The notes below the pieces were generated by a model. It did no database searches. It saw nothing but the letters and a program-made list of their open reading frames with translations, and had not been told where the DNA came from. From an uncultured Gammaproteobacteria bacterium (lineage in GTDB: Bacteria > Patescibacteriota > Patescibacteriia > UBA9934), in contig CAZKGL010000001.1 in NCBI GenBank assembly GCA_964552565.1, positions 25,875 through 89,874 of the forward strand: 64,000 nucleotides of DNA. The letters are read 5' to 3'. The translations under genes were made by a program, and so were the position numbers. Shown here piece by piece: positions 8,464 to 17,752 of this stretch. Position 1 is the stretch's first letter, and every line of letters starts with the position of its first letter.

Positions 8464-10332
8464 TTAGGAGAGGCCGACGATACGCTTTACTTCTTCGACC
8501 GCAGTGAGGCCTTCCAGAGCCTTCAGGATGCCGTCTTGGGCCATGGAAACCATACCTTGGCGTGCGGCGACCTCGCGCATCTGGAATTCGGTAATGACGC
8601 CGCCTTCCACGATCATCTTTTCCAGCTCGGCGTCGCGGATGATGATCTCATACACGCCGACGCGGCCTTTGTAGCCGGTATTGCCGCAGGTTGCGCAACC
8701 GGCAGGGCCGTAGAACTTCATGGCGTTCACGTCGGGCTTCGTCTCGCCGGAATTTTCCGGAATTGCGGCGATGAGCTTTTTCACGTCCTCGAGCACGTCC
8801 GGCTCGAGCGTTACCTCCTTCTTGCAGTCCTTGCAGAGCTTGCGGACGAGGCGCTGGCCCATGATGGCGTTCAAGGCCGGGGCGAGGAGGTACGGCTTTA
8901 CGCCCATCGACAGGAAACGGGGGACGGCGCCGGCGGCGTCGTTCGTGTGGATGGTAGAAAGCATGAGGTGGCCGGTGAGCGACGCCTGGATGGCGATCTC
9001 TGCGGTTTCGAGGTCGCGGATTTCGCCGACCATCACGATGTCCGGGTCCTGGCGCAAGATGGAGCGGAGGCCTTTCGCAAACGTGTAGTCCTTGCTCGCG
9101 TCGATCTGGCTTTGGTTCAGGCCCTCGACCTTGTACTCGATCGGGTCTTCAAGCGTGATGATCTTCACGTCCGACGTGTTGAGGCGCTTCAAGATCGCGT
9201 ACAGCGTCGTCGTCTTACCGCTGCCGGTCGGACCGGTCGTGATAATCATGCCGTTCGGTTTCTCGATCTCTTTCGTCAGCTTCTTGAGCATCGGCGCGCG
9301 GAAGCCGAGTTCATCGAACGCGAGCGAGATGGAGTCCGGGTTCAAGAGACGCATGACGACCGACTCGCCGTGCGCGGTCGGGATGGTCGAGGTGCGGACG
9401 TCGATCTGCTTGTTTTTCTGGAAAATGGTAAAACGGCCGTCCTGCGCCTGGTCGGTGACGTTCAGCTTCAGGCTGGCGATGAGCTTGATGCGGTTGATGA
9501 TCTTCTGCCACTTCGAGGGCTCGAGCTTGGTGACCTCCTGGAGCATGCCGTCGACGCGGAAGCGCACTGCGATGCCGCTCTCTTCCGCCTCGATGTGCAC
9601 GTCGCTCGACCCGAGCTCGACCGACGCGGCAATCACGACCGCGAGCACATCGGTGACGTTGGCCTTGTTGAGCACGTCGGCGATCGCCTTCATGTCCTTC
9701 ATCTGCTCCTGGTACTTCTCCAGCTCTTTTTCGGTGATCTGCACGCCCTTCACGACCTGGGTGATCTTCGGGAGCGCGGCGTACAGCGTCAACGCCTGCG
9801 CCAAACTCTGTTCAGAAATGGCGTAGACGGCGGCGTTCGCCTTGTGCCGTTCGCCGAGCGAATAGGCGAGGTCTTTGACCGCTTTGTTCGCCGGATCGAC
9901 GGCGCCGATGCGCAACTCCGTGCCGGTAAAGAGAAATACGACCGCCTTGAGTTCGCGCGACTGCTCTTCCGGGATGAGCACAAGGGCGTCCGGGCTGATC
10001 GGGAATCCTTTGAGGTCGATGTAGGGCGCGCCGAGGCTTGCGGCGAGGCGCTGCGTCTCGTCCTCTTTTTCGCGCAGTTTGATGGCCCCCATCTTTTCTG
10101 TGAGCTTCTCACTCGTCTCCACGTCGCTCAAGACGATTTTCTGTGACGAGGGGACGCTCGGCGCAGGTTCGGGCGCAGCAGGAGCGGCCGGGGCCGGCGC
10201 GGGGGAGGGTGCGGGCGCAACGGCGGGTGCCGGAGACGACGAAACCGCCGGCGCGGCGGCCGGTGTTGGTGCAGACTGCGCTTCCCGCCTTCGTTGGAGA
10301 AGGTCGGCGATGGACGGGAGGTTTGAGGACAT
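8464..10332 (-). CDS. pilB: type IV pilus assembly / type II secretion ATPase (GspE/PilB family)
   Basis: Walker A GPTGSGKTTTLYA, C-terminal tetracysteine CKDC...CATC; N-terminal Ala/Pro-rich low-complexity region. Confidence 0.9.
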   Translation of the reverse strand: MSSNLPSIADLLQRRREAQSAPTPAAAPAVSSSPAPAVAPAPSPAPAPAAPAAPEPAPSVPSSQKIVLSDVETSEKLTEKMGAIKLREKEDETQRLAASLGAPYIDLKGFPISPDALVLIPEEQSRELKAVVFLFTGTELRIGAVDPANKAVKDLAYSLGERHKANAAVYAISEQSLAQALTLYAALPKITQVVKGVQITEKELEKYQEQMKDMKAIADVLNKANVTDVLAVVIAASVELGSSDVHIEAEESGIAVRFRVDGMLQEVTKLEPSKWQKIINRIKLIASLKLNVTDQAQDGRFTIFQKNKQIDVRTSTIPTAHGESVVMRLLNPDSISLAFDELGFRAPMLKKLTKEIEKPNGMIITTGPTGSGKTTTLYAILKRLNTSDVKIITLEDPIEYKVEGLNQSQIDASKDYTFAKGLRSILRQDPDIVMVGEIRDLETAEIAIQASLTGHLMLSTIHTNDAAGAVPRFLSMGVKPYLLAPALNAIMGQRLVRKLCKDCKKEVTLEPDVLEDVKKLIAAIPENSGETKPDVNAMKFYGPAGCATCGNTGYKGRVGVYEIIIRDAELEKMIVEGGVITEFQMREVAARQGMVSMAQDGILKALEGLTAVEEVKRIVGLS

Positions 10333-10338
10333 GCCGGT

Positions 10339-11337
10339 TTAGCGTGAAAACGCCCGGACGACGCGGCGTGCGGCGTGCTCGGCGCGGGGGTGCGCCGGCA
10401 GACGCTCGTAGCGCTCCAAAAATTCGGTCCAGGCGGCGTAGTTGAACGTGGTCATCATGCCACCAAGTGCGACGATGAGGAAGAGGATGAGTACGCCGGT
10501 AACGACGGAAGCGAGCACAAGGAGCGGCAGGGAGGCCGCGACGGCGGCGAGCACCGCGTACGTGAGCACGCCGCCGAGGAGGAGGACGGCGAGGATAATC
10601 GCAGTCACGATGTAGTTGATGAGGAAAAGGATGGCGGAGAACTCAACCGCGGACAGCCAGTGGCGCGACAGGAACGTCGTGGCGTGCTGGAGCGACGGAA
10701 TGACGCCTTCGTCCTTGCGCACGGCATGGATGAGCGCGGTGATGGCGACGGCGTTCACGGTGAACGCAGCGGGCAGGACGACGAGATAGACGCCGAGCGC
10801 GGCGAAGACCTCCACGTTGTCCGCGACGGCGCCAAGCAAGGACCGGAGCCCGAGCGCACCGAGGAGGAGGACGATGGCGAGCGCGAGGCGGCCGATGACG
10901 TTCAGCGCAAACAGGCGGGCGACGTGCGTTGCGCGGATTTCCTCCGTGACCGCCTTGAAGGGCCTCGGCTTCTTTTTCGCCGCGGCGCGGTGGATGTGCG
11001 TGAAGACGACGTGCTGCGCCACCATCATGAGGAACACGGCGCAGACGAGGAGCCCGATGCTGAACGCGAGCGTCGCCGCGACCTGGTCGCCCGTGCCGGT
11101 CATGAGCGTCGCGACGAACGTCTTTCCGAATGCGAACGCGTTCCACGTTTCCTCGAGGGTCTGCCACGACACGGTGCCGGGCGCAAGCGTCGGCGCGAGC
11201 TTTAGCACCTCATTCGTCACCGCGCCGGTCTGCGCGATGCCGGCGAAGAACCCAAAGACCCAAAGCGCGCGGTGGTGCCACGTCGCTTTGGCTGCCCGGA
11301 CCAGGAGTTTTCGGTACACCGGAACGTACGGCTGCAT
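10339..11337 (-). CDS. polytopic membrane protein, function unknown
   Basis: ~8 hydrophobic helices; ATG with GGAGGAGT SD (alternative GTG start at 11367); 6 nt upstream of pilB. Confidence 0.5.
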   Translation of the reverse strand: MQPYVPVYRKLLVRAAKATWHHRALWVFGFFAGIAQTGAVTNEVLKLAPTLAPGTVSWQTLEETWNAFAFGKTFVATLMTGTGDQVAATLAFSIGLLVCAVFLMMVAQHVVFTHIHRAAAKKKPRPFKAVTEEIRATHVARLFALNVIGRLALAIVLLLGALGLRSLLGAVADNVEVFAALGVYLVVLPAAFTVNAVAITALIHAVRKDEGVIPSLQHATTFLSRHWLSAVEFSAILFLINYIVTAIILAVLLLGGVLTYAVLAAVAASLPLLVLASVVTGVLILFLIVALGGMMTTFNYAAWTEFLERYERLPAHPRAEHAARRVVRAFSR

Positions 11338-11400
11338 ACTCCTCCATTGCTTCGCCAAGTATAACACGTCCTGCCGCGGGGATGCGACAGGACGTGGGGG

Positions 11401-13248
11401 TTATGCGGGTTGGACTTCGACCTTCGGGCGCTTCTGCGCAGGGCCGACCAGCGCCTCGAACTGTTCTTTCTCGATCGTCTCCTTCTCGAGCAGCTCTTTG
11501 ACGATCGTGTCCATCTTCGCGCGGTGCGTATGGATGACGGCTTTCGCCTGCTCGAGCGCCTCGCGCAGGATGCGGTTGATCTCGCCGTCGATCTGCTCCG
11601 CGACTTTTTCGGAGTAGTCGCGGCTCTCGTGGATTTGCTTGCCGAGGAAGACCATCTCGTCGCGCTCGCCATACGTGCGCGGGCCCATCGCCTCGCTCAT
11701 GCCGTATTGCGTGACGAGTTCGCGGGCAAGCGCAGTCGCTTTTTGGAGGTCGTTCGACGCGCCGGTCGTGAGGTCGCCGAAGATCTCCTGCTCGGCGACG
11801 TAGCCGCCGAGCGTCATGGCGAGGTCGTCGAGGAATTCGCGCCGGGAGTGCATTTTCCGGTCCTCTTCCGGGATGCTCATGGTGTAGCCGGCGGCGCGGC
11901 CGCGGGCGATAATGGAGACCTTGTGCACGTCGTCGCAGAAGGGCAGGAGGTGGCCGACGATGGCGTGGCCGGCCTCGTGGTACGCGGTGACAAGCCGCTC
12001 CTCGGGGCCGAGGATGTGGCTCTTGCGCTCCGGGCCGAGCATGACCTTCTCGATTGCCTCGAGGAGCTCCTTTTGCGCAGTCTCTTTTTTATTGCGGCGG
12101 GCGGCCAAGATGGCGCCTTCGTTCATGATGTTCATGAGATCCGCGCCGGAAAGGCCCGGCGTGCGCTCGGCAATGCGGCGCAGGTCGATGTCGCTCGCGA
12201 GCGGCTTGTTGGCGGCGTGGATTTTCAGGATTGCCTCGCGTTCCTTGAGGTCCGGGCGGTCGAGGACGACGCGGCGGTCGAAGCGGCCGGGGCGGAGCAG
12301 GGCCGGGTCAAGGACGTCCGGGCGGTTTGTCGCCGCGATGACGATGACGCCGAGGTTCGGCTCGAAGCCGTCCATTTCGACGAGGATCTGGTTGAGCGTC
12401 TGTTCGCGCTCGTCATGCCCGCCGCCGAGGCCGGCACCGCGTTGGCGGCCGACCGCGTCGATTTCATCGATAAACACGATGCACGGCGCCGCCTTTTTGG
12501 CGCGGCTGAAGAGGTCGCGCACGCGGCTTGCGCCGACGCCGACGAACATCTCCACGAACTCCGAGCCGGAAATGTGGAAGAACGGCACGTTCGCCTCGCC
12601 GGCGACCGCGCGGGCGATGAGCGTTTTGCCGGTGCCCGGCGGGCCCATGAGGAGCACGCCCTTCGGGATCTTCGCGCCGAGTTCGGCAAACTTCTTCGGC
12701 GTCTTCAAGAACTCGACGATTTCCGCGAGCTCTTCTTTGGCTTCCGTCGCGCCGGCGACGTCCTCAAACGTGACGCGGTTCTTCTTGCTCGTCGATTCCC
12801 GCACGTTCGCCTGGCCGAAGGTCATCGCCTTCGTGTTCGCGCCCTGCATCTGGCGCAGGAAGAACCACAGGATGGCGCCGAAGATGACGACGAACAGGAT
12901 GGTCGGGAGGAAGCTCCGCACGAGCGTGAGCCCGACGCCCGGCTCCTTCACTTCGATATCGACGGCGTTCAGCTGCTCGCTCGTCACGCCGAAGTCCTGC
13001 AGCGCCTCCGACAGCGACGCGTCCGACTCCTTTTTCGCACTGTACTCGACGTTGTTCTTGTCGATGACCGTCAAGGTGTCTTCTTGGACCTCGATCGCGG
13101 CGACCTCGCCGGCGATGATTTTGTCCGCGAGGGTCGAGATGCCGATCGTCTCGGGCCGGTTCTTGCCGAGGTCGTAGGTCGAGAACACGACGCCGAGCGC
13201 AAGTACGGTGAGGAGGGCGATGATGATGTTTTTGGAAAGGGGTTTCAT
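11401..13248 (-). CDS. ftsH: ATP-dependent zinc metalloprotease FtsH
   Basis: N-terminal TM, Walker [13 protein letters not shown], zinc site HEAGHAIV. Confidence 0.95.
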   Translation of the reverse strand: MKPLSKNIIIALLTVLALGVVFSTYDLGKNRPETIGISTLADKIIAGEVAAIEVQEDTLTVIDKNNVEYSAKKESDASLSEALQDFGVTSEQLNAVDIEVKEPGVGLTLVRSFLPTILFVVIFGAILWFFLRQMQGANTKAMTFGQANVRESTSKKNRVTFEDVAGATEAKEELAEIVEFLKTPKKFAELGAKIPKGVLLMGPPGTGKTLIARAVAGEANVPFFHISGSEFVEMFVGVGASRVRDLFSRAKKAAPCIVFIDEIDAVGRQRGAGLGGGHDEREQTLNQILVEMDGFEPNLGVIVIAATNRPDVLDPALLRPGRFDRRVVLDRPDLKEREAILKIHAANKPLASDIDLRRIAERTPGLSGADLMNIMNEGAILAARRNKKETAQKELLEAIEKVMLGPERKSHILGPEERLVTAYHEAGHAIVGHLLPFCDDVHKVSIIARGRAAGYTMSIPEEDRKMHSRREFLDDLAMTLGGYVAEQEIFGDLTTGASNDLQKATALARELVTQYGMSEAMGPRTYGERDEMVFLGKQIHESRDYSEKVAEQIDGEINRILREALEQAKAVIHTHRAKMDTIVKELLEKETIEKEQFEALVGPAQKRPKVEVQPA

Positions 13249-13278
13249 AAGGCAATGTTGTAGCAACGGGACTTCGGG

Positions 13279-13307
13279 ATTCTCGCAGAAACCAGCCATT
13301 TCGTCAA
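13279..13307 (-). promoter_or_regulatory. promoter TTGACG-17-GAGAAT for ftsH
   Basis: hexamers on minus strand. Confidence 0.5.
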
Positions 13308-13379
13308 AGCGCAGGCTCATCGGAAAACCAGCCCATGATAGGCTGGCTTTCCTTGGTCCCGGGCCATGGAATGTTTGCG

Positions 13380-13455
13380 TGGTGGACGCAGCGGGACTCG
13401 AACCCGCACCTACTGGTATCAACCCGGCTGTGACTGCCCTTACCACCATGCGCCC
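13380..13455 (-). tRNA. tRNA-like gene (identity undetermined)
   Basis: perfect acceptor GGGCGCA/TGCGTCC, T-arm GCGGG-TTCGAGT-CCCGC, encoded CCA, plausible D-arm; anticodon stem has a C-A mismatch and an odd loop (GTTGATA) by manual folding. Confidence 0.5.
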
Positions 13456-13465
13456 GTGTGGCCCG

Positions 13466-13511
13466 GGAGAAGCAAAAGAGACTCCGCCACCGTTGAACGA
13501 TGGGGAGTCTC
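13466..13511 (-). terminator. hairpin GAGACTCC-loop-GGAGTCTC + TTTTGCTTCT immediately upstream of tRNA-like gene
   Basis: 8-bp stem, T-tract; lies between a minus-strand promoter and the tRNA-like element. Confidence 0.45.
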
Positions 13512-13557
13512 TTTTGTGACACCAGCACTGAGCTATACAGCCACAGCTGATGGTGCC

Positions 13558-13586
13558 ATTTCATCACGCTGAAAATCGGTCGTCAA
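13558..13586 (-). promoter_or_regulatory. putative promoter TTGACG-17-TGAAAT (minus strand)
   Basis: hexamers upstream of the hairpin/tRNA-like unit. Confidence 0.4.
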
Positions 13587-13597
13587 ATATGGTTATC

Positions 13598-13638
13598 AAC
13601 AAAAACCCCGGCGCAGGGCCGGAGGTTTTTGTTTTTGG
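13598..13638. terminator. bidirectional terminator after rpsA
   Basis: CCGGC-GCAGG-GCCGG hairpin flanked by A- and T-tracts. Confidence 0.6.
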
Positions 13639-14763
13639 TTATTCCTTCGTCTCCGCCGCTTTTTCGGCTTCGGTGCGCTCTTCGCGCAGCGAGAGGCCGA
13701 GGCGGTGCTCCGCAGGTTCGATGCTGACGATGCGGAACTTCTTCACGTCGCCGACCTGGCCGAGCTTCGTCACGTCCTCAACCGGCTTGTCCGCGAGTTC
13801 CGACACGTGGGCGAGGCCCTGGATGTCCTGGTCGAGCTCCACGAAGAAGCCGAACGGGTTCACCTTGATGACTTTGCCCTCGACCCACTCACCGACCTTA
13901 TACTTCTTCGTGACATCCTTCCACGGGTCCTCGATGAGCTTCTTCATGCTGAGGAAGATCTTGCTGCCCTCGATGCCGATGATCTCCGCGCGGACGCTGT
14001 CGCCGACCTTGAGGACGTCCTTCGGGTGGTCGATGCGCTGCCACGCGATTTCCGAGATGTGCACCAGGCCCTCGAGCGGGGACGTGGCGTTCTTCGGGTA
14101 GAACTTCACGAACGCGCCGAAGTCCGCGATGGCGCTCACTTCGCCGGAGATGCTGTCGCCGACGCGGCACTGGGCGATGACGTTCTTCTGCTCGTCCTCC
14201 CAGATCGCCTTTTCCGAGACGATGAGCTTCTCATCCGATTCGTTCACGTCGAGGATCTTCACGCGCATGGTTTCGCCGACGAAACTCTTGAGTTTCTCGA
14301 GGATCTTCTGCTTGTCGCCGCCTGCAACGCGCGGGTAGTGCTCCGGCGCGAGTTGCGACACCGGGAGGAAGCCCTGGACGTGGTTCACACGGACGAGGAG
14401 GCCGCCCTTGTTCGCGTCGAGCACCTTCACGTTGACCGGCTCGCCGCTTGCCTGCAGATCGTCGAGGTCGCTCCACGCCTTCTTCTGGCCGGCATAGCGG
14501 AACGAGAGTTCGATTTCACCGTTCTCGTTTTCGGCATCGACGACGGTCGCTTCGACCGTGTCGCCTGCCTTGAGGTTCTTGTAGACCTCGGCCTCAGTAA
14601 AGAGTTCGCGGCCGCGGACGACGCCGACGGCGAGGCCGTTCACGTCGATGCGGACTTCACGGCCCTTCGTCGAAAGGACTTTGCCTTTCACGAGGTCGCC
14701 GAGCTTCGGGATGGCGACGAACTGCGCGTCCTCGAGCAACTGTTCCAACTGGCTGTTTGCCAT
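13639..14763 (-). CDS. rpsA: 30S ribosomal protein S1 (4 S1 domains, short form)
   Basis: repeated S1-domain motifs (GxV/I...G.FV...G..G..H.S.); AGGAA SD. Confidence 0.9.
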   Translation of the reverse strand: MANSQLEQLLEDAQFVAIPKLGDLVKGKVLSTKGREVRIDVNGLAVGVVRGRELFTEAEVYKNLKAGDTVEATVVDAENENGEIELSFRYAGQKKAWSDLDDLQASGEPVNVKVLDANKGGLLVRVNHVQGFLPVSQLAPEHYPRVAGGDKQKILEKLKSFVGETMRVKILDVNESDEKLIVSEKAIWEDEQKNVIAQCRVGDSISGEVSAIADFGAFVKFYPKNATSPLEGLVHISEIAWQRIDHPKDVLKVGDSVRAEIIGIEGSKIFLSMKKLIEDPWKDVTKKYKVGEWVEGKVIKVNPFGFFVELDQDIQGLAHVSELADKPVEDVTKLGQVGDVKKFRIVSIEPAEHRLGLSLREERTEAEKAAETKE

Positions 14764-14841
14764 ACTTTTATTCCTGGCCGCGCCGTGTCCTCAGGGGAGG
14801 AGCGGGGCGTCCAGGCGTTAATGATGAATAAAAGTGCTCGA

Positions 14842-14870
14842 AGTGTAGCGTAAGGGACGTTTTTGGTCAA
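14842..14870 (-). promoter_or_regulatory. promoter TTGACC-17-TACACT for rpsA
   Basis: canonical hexamers on minus strand. Confidence 0.55.
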
Positions 14871-15077
14871 TCAGGGGACGACGGAGACCATGGATTCAAA
14901 AATACTGCTGAGATTCGCAAAGTCACGACGTTTTGTCCGACAATTCTTGACAGATGAGCCTTATACGGTACAGCTGGCAGTACAAGGGCAGATCGTACCT
15001 CCATGGGGTTCTGTCCTTCGCACCGCTCCTTCACAACCGGTTCTACCAGTGTGAAATGGGGCATTTTTGGGGGGAAC

Positions 15078-15872
15078 ATGTACGGATTGCTGGGGCTTCT
15101 CGCCTGCGGCATCGAGTGGAATTGGCCCTGGGAACGGGATCCTGTTCCCTGGCCGGCCGATACCGGGATTTCGGCCCAAGAGGAGGACACCGCGGATACG
15201 GGCGGCACGCCCGACACCGCGGACGGCACCGGGCTGACGGACACCGCCGACACGCCGGACGGGGACTGCGAGGCGACGCTCGTCGTGACGGCGACGTTCG
15301 ACGGCGGGCTGCTTCCGCCTGGGCTCGGCATCACGGTCGCGAGCCTCGACGAGTCCGCGAACCTCATCGCGAGCGCGGACGGTACGACCGGCAGCGCCGT
15401 CGTCGTGCCGTGCGGCCGCACCAGGGTCATGGCCGACGACGCGTGGCTGACCCGCGACGGCGTGCCGGTGGTCACGTACCTCGGCGACGTGTTCGTCCAG
15501 GGGCCGCTCGAGTTCCGCCTCACCGAAGACGGCGCCGAGGTGCCCATGCCGCTCCACGCGTTCGTGGGCGAGGGGACGGCGGACTGCGACTACGCGGGAG
15601 ACGCCGCGTACGAGCTCAGCGCCACCATCACGGTCGCGGCCGCGACGACGATGGTCATCACGCCGTACGGGACGACCTACCCGTCGTTCCTGTACCCCGG
15701 GAGCTCCGTCATCGTGTCCGGGTCGACCTTCACCATGGTGTCCGCGGGTCCGGGGGACGCGGTCATCGAGACGGTCGACTACGCCCTCGGGTCGTTCGCC
15801 ATGAATCTGCGCGAGCAGGACGCGGCGGGCAACATGTGGTTTGGCACGTTCGCGTGCCGCATTCGCGAGTAA
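15078..15872 (+). CDS. acidic lipoprotein (Asp/Thr-rich linker)
   Basis: MYGLLGLLAC lipobox; linker DTADTGGTPDTADGTGLTDTADTPDGD; GC3 >85 %; GGGGG SD-like. Confidence 0.55.
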   Translation: MYGLLGLLACGIEWNWPWERDPVPWPADTGISAQEEDTADTGGTPDTADGTGLTDTADTPDGDCEATLVVTATFDGGLLPPGLGITVASLDESANLIASADGTTGSAVVVPCGRTRVMADDAWLTRDGVPVVTYLGDVFVQGPLEFRLTEDGAEVPMPLHAFVGEGTADCDYAGDAAYELSATITVAAATTMVITPYGTTYPSFLYPGSSVIVSGSTFTMVSAGPGDAVIETVDYALGSFAMNLREQDAAGNMWFGTFACRIRE

Positions 15873-15885
15873 GGGGGAGGGGGAA

Positions 15886-16698
15886 ATGCGCATCGTTCCA
15901 TGTATGTTCCTTGTGGCCTGTACGGCCGAGTACCCGGTGACGCCGGGCAAGGACACCGCGCCGTCGGAAGACGTCGCGACCGGCGACACGGCGACCGGCG
16001 ACACGGTCGACGATCTGGAGCCCGAGGAGGGGATGGGCGAGGTCGTCCTGCACACGACGCTCGGCAGCCGCGTCCTCGACGGGATGGCGGTCTCCGCCTA
16101 CGCGGTGGGGGAAGACGGCGGGGTCACGTACCTCGGCAGTGGCTGGAGCGAGGAGGAGTTCGAGGTCGAGAGCGGTACCGTCCGCCTCGCCATCGGCGAT
16201 CCCGCGGTCCACGAGACGACCGAGGACGGCTACCCGACGGCGCGGTGGGGCGACCAGACCTACGTCGGCGCCCCGGTCGACGCCACGCTGCCGTCCGGCG
16301 GCCGCGTCGAGGAGACCATCGCGGTGAGCCTCCTCATCGGGGAGAAGTACTACGAAGTGGTCGAGGCCGACTGCTGGGAGCTCGAGGACGGGCGCGAGCA
16401 CGAGGTCGAGTACGCGAAGGGCGAGGAGTGGCAGGAGGGCTGGGTGGAGTACAACCCCTGGCTGTACCAGCGCCAGACGAAGTACCTCGCGCTCGAGGAT
16501 GACGACCTCACGGAAGTGCCCTTCGGCTTCCTGAACCCGGGCGAGTGGCTCGAGGTGAAGGACGACGGGGTGGCCCTCATGCCCGAGAGCACGACGAACA
16601 TCATGCGCGACATGCGGGCGAGCCACGACGACTTCTCGTTCGTGTACATCGACCTCGTCCGCGAGTGCTGGTGGGAGGTGAGCGCCCGGGCCTGGTAG
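15886..16698 (+). CDS. acidic lipoprotein, paralogous architecture to preceding gene
   Basis: MRIVPCMFLVAC lipobox; linker DVATGDTATGDTVDD; strong GGGGGAGGGGG SD. Confidence 0.55.
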   Translation: MRIVPCMFLVACTAEYPVTPGKDTAPSEDVATGDTATGDTVDDLEPEEGMGEVVLHTTLGSRVLDGMAVSAYAVGEDGGVTYLGSGWSEEEFEVESGTVRLAIGDPAVHETTEDGYPTARWGDQTYVGAPVDATLPSGGRVEETIAVSLLIGEKYYEVVEADCWELEDGREHEVEYAKGEEWQEGWVEYNPWLYQRQTKYLALEDDDLTEVPFGFLNPGEWLEVKDDGVALMPESTTNIMRDMRASHDDFSFVYIDLVRECWWEVSARAW

Positions 16699-16782
16699 CG
16701 CTGGCCCTGAAGGAGGCTCGGTCTCCGTTTCGCCGGTCTGGCGGGACGGAGGCCTCTTCATTTGTGCTACCATGAAGGCACT

Positions 16783-17499
16783 ATGCCGCACCCCCACGAA
16801 TACCTCCTGAAGGAGTTCAAGATTTCCATCGACAAGCTGGTTCCGCTGACCCCGCACGAGGTCGTTGCGGAGGCAAATCAGCTGTACGACGAGCTGTCGG
16901 CAAACGCGCACGCGAGCGAGAAGCAGATCCACGACGCCCTTGTCCACGTCGGCCGCAAGGAATTCCCGTACCGCAAGGCGTACGAGGAGCTGTGCGCAAA
17001 TGACGAGGAGCAGCGCCTGCAGAAGCTGGTGTTTGACCGGCTCGACGATGCGGTGCAGGCGAAGGTGGAGAACGTCACGCAGCACGGCGTCCACGTCCTT
17101 GATTATGTGAACAGCCCGCTGTTCGAGGAGCAGCTTACCGCGGACGAGCGCTATCAAGTCGAGCAGGCGATCCTTTTGGCGCACGACGACCTCAACAAGC
17201 AGTGCAACGAACGCGCGATCGAGCGCAAAAAGAACTATGAGGAGCTCGTGGCGCGGTGGCGCGCCGAGGAAGAGCGCCTCCAGGGGCTCATCGACCAGCT
17301 GAAGGGCATGGCAGACCGCGACGTGAAGTGGCGCGACGAGATCCTCGGCAAGGCGGCGCAGCTCGAGGAGGGCTGGTCCATCGTCGAACGCGACCCGAGC
17401 GAGGAAGAGGTGAAGAAAGAGCTCGAATATTGGTCGACCGTGCTTGCGGAAAGCGAGGACGACGCGGTGGATAGTTCAGTTGACGCGGTTGATGCGTAA
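16783..17499 (+). CDS. hypothetical charged/coiled-coil protein
   Basis: 238-aa ORF, GC3 high, no recognisable motifs. Confidence 0.45.
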   Translation: MPHPHEYLLKEFKISIDKLVPLTPHEVVAEANQLYDELSANAHASEKQIHDALVHVGRKEFPYRKAYEELCANDEEQRLQKLVFDRLDDAVQAKVENVTQHGVHVLDYVNSPLFEEQLTADERYQVEQAILLAHDDLNKQCNERAIERKKNYEELVARWRAEEERLQGLIDQLKGMADRDVKWRDEILGKAAQLEEGWSIVERDPSEEEVKKELEYWSTVLAESEDDAVDSSVDAVDA

Positions 17500-17613
17500 T
17501 GGTACATTCCCTTCATCCAGATATGCTCGCATGAGCACTTCTTGATGACCAATTAGCAACTCCCCATTCATTTGGCGGGGTTGTTATTTGTTTTACGCCG
17601 GAGCGTGGGCCCT

Positions 17614-17688
17614 GGGCCCGTGTTGTAACGGCAGCATATCTGGATTGTCATCAAGAAGGTGCGGGTTCAACTCCCGCCGGGTCCACCA
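17614..17688 (+). tRNA. tRNA-like element, probably degenerate (tRNA-Asp-like loop TTGTCAT) or tmRNA-like 3' end
   Basis: acceptor GGGCCCG/CGGGTCC, T-arm GCGGG-TTCAACT-CCCGC (T-loop as in the 3' end of E. coli tmRNA, quoted from memory), CCA; D and anticodon stems do not pair. Confidence 0.4.
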
Positions 17689-17752
17689 ACTCCGGCACCA
17701 AGCCAATCCCGTCCGCAAGGGCGGGATTTGGCGTTGCGGCGCCCGATTCTTC

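Noticed and set aside
13380-13640. tmRNA spanning the rpsA-ftsH intergenic region
   Set aside because: Only about 260 nt are available and the 5' end lacks a GGACGCA acceptor partner. It is more likely a tRNA-like gene with a short leader.
17588-17752. Upstream TTG-initiated part of ORF 17588..18403
   Set aside because: It spans the tRNA-like element and terminator hairpin. The ATG at 17753 is the more plausible start.
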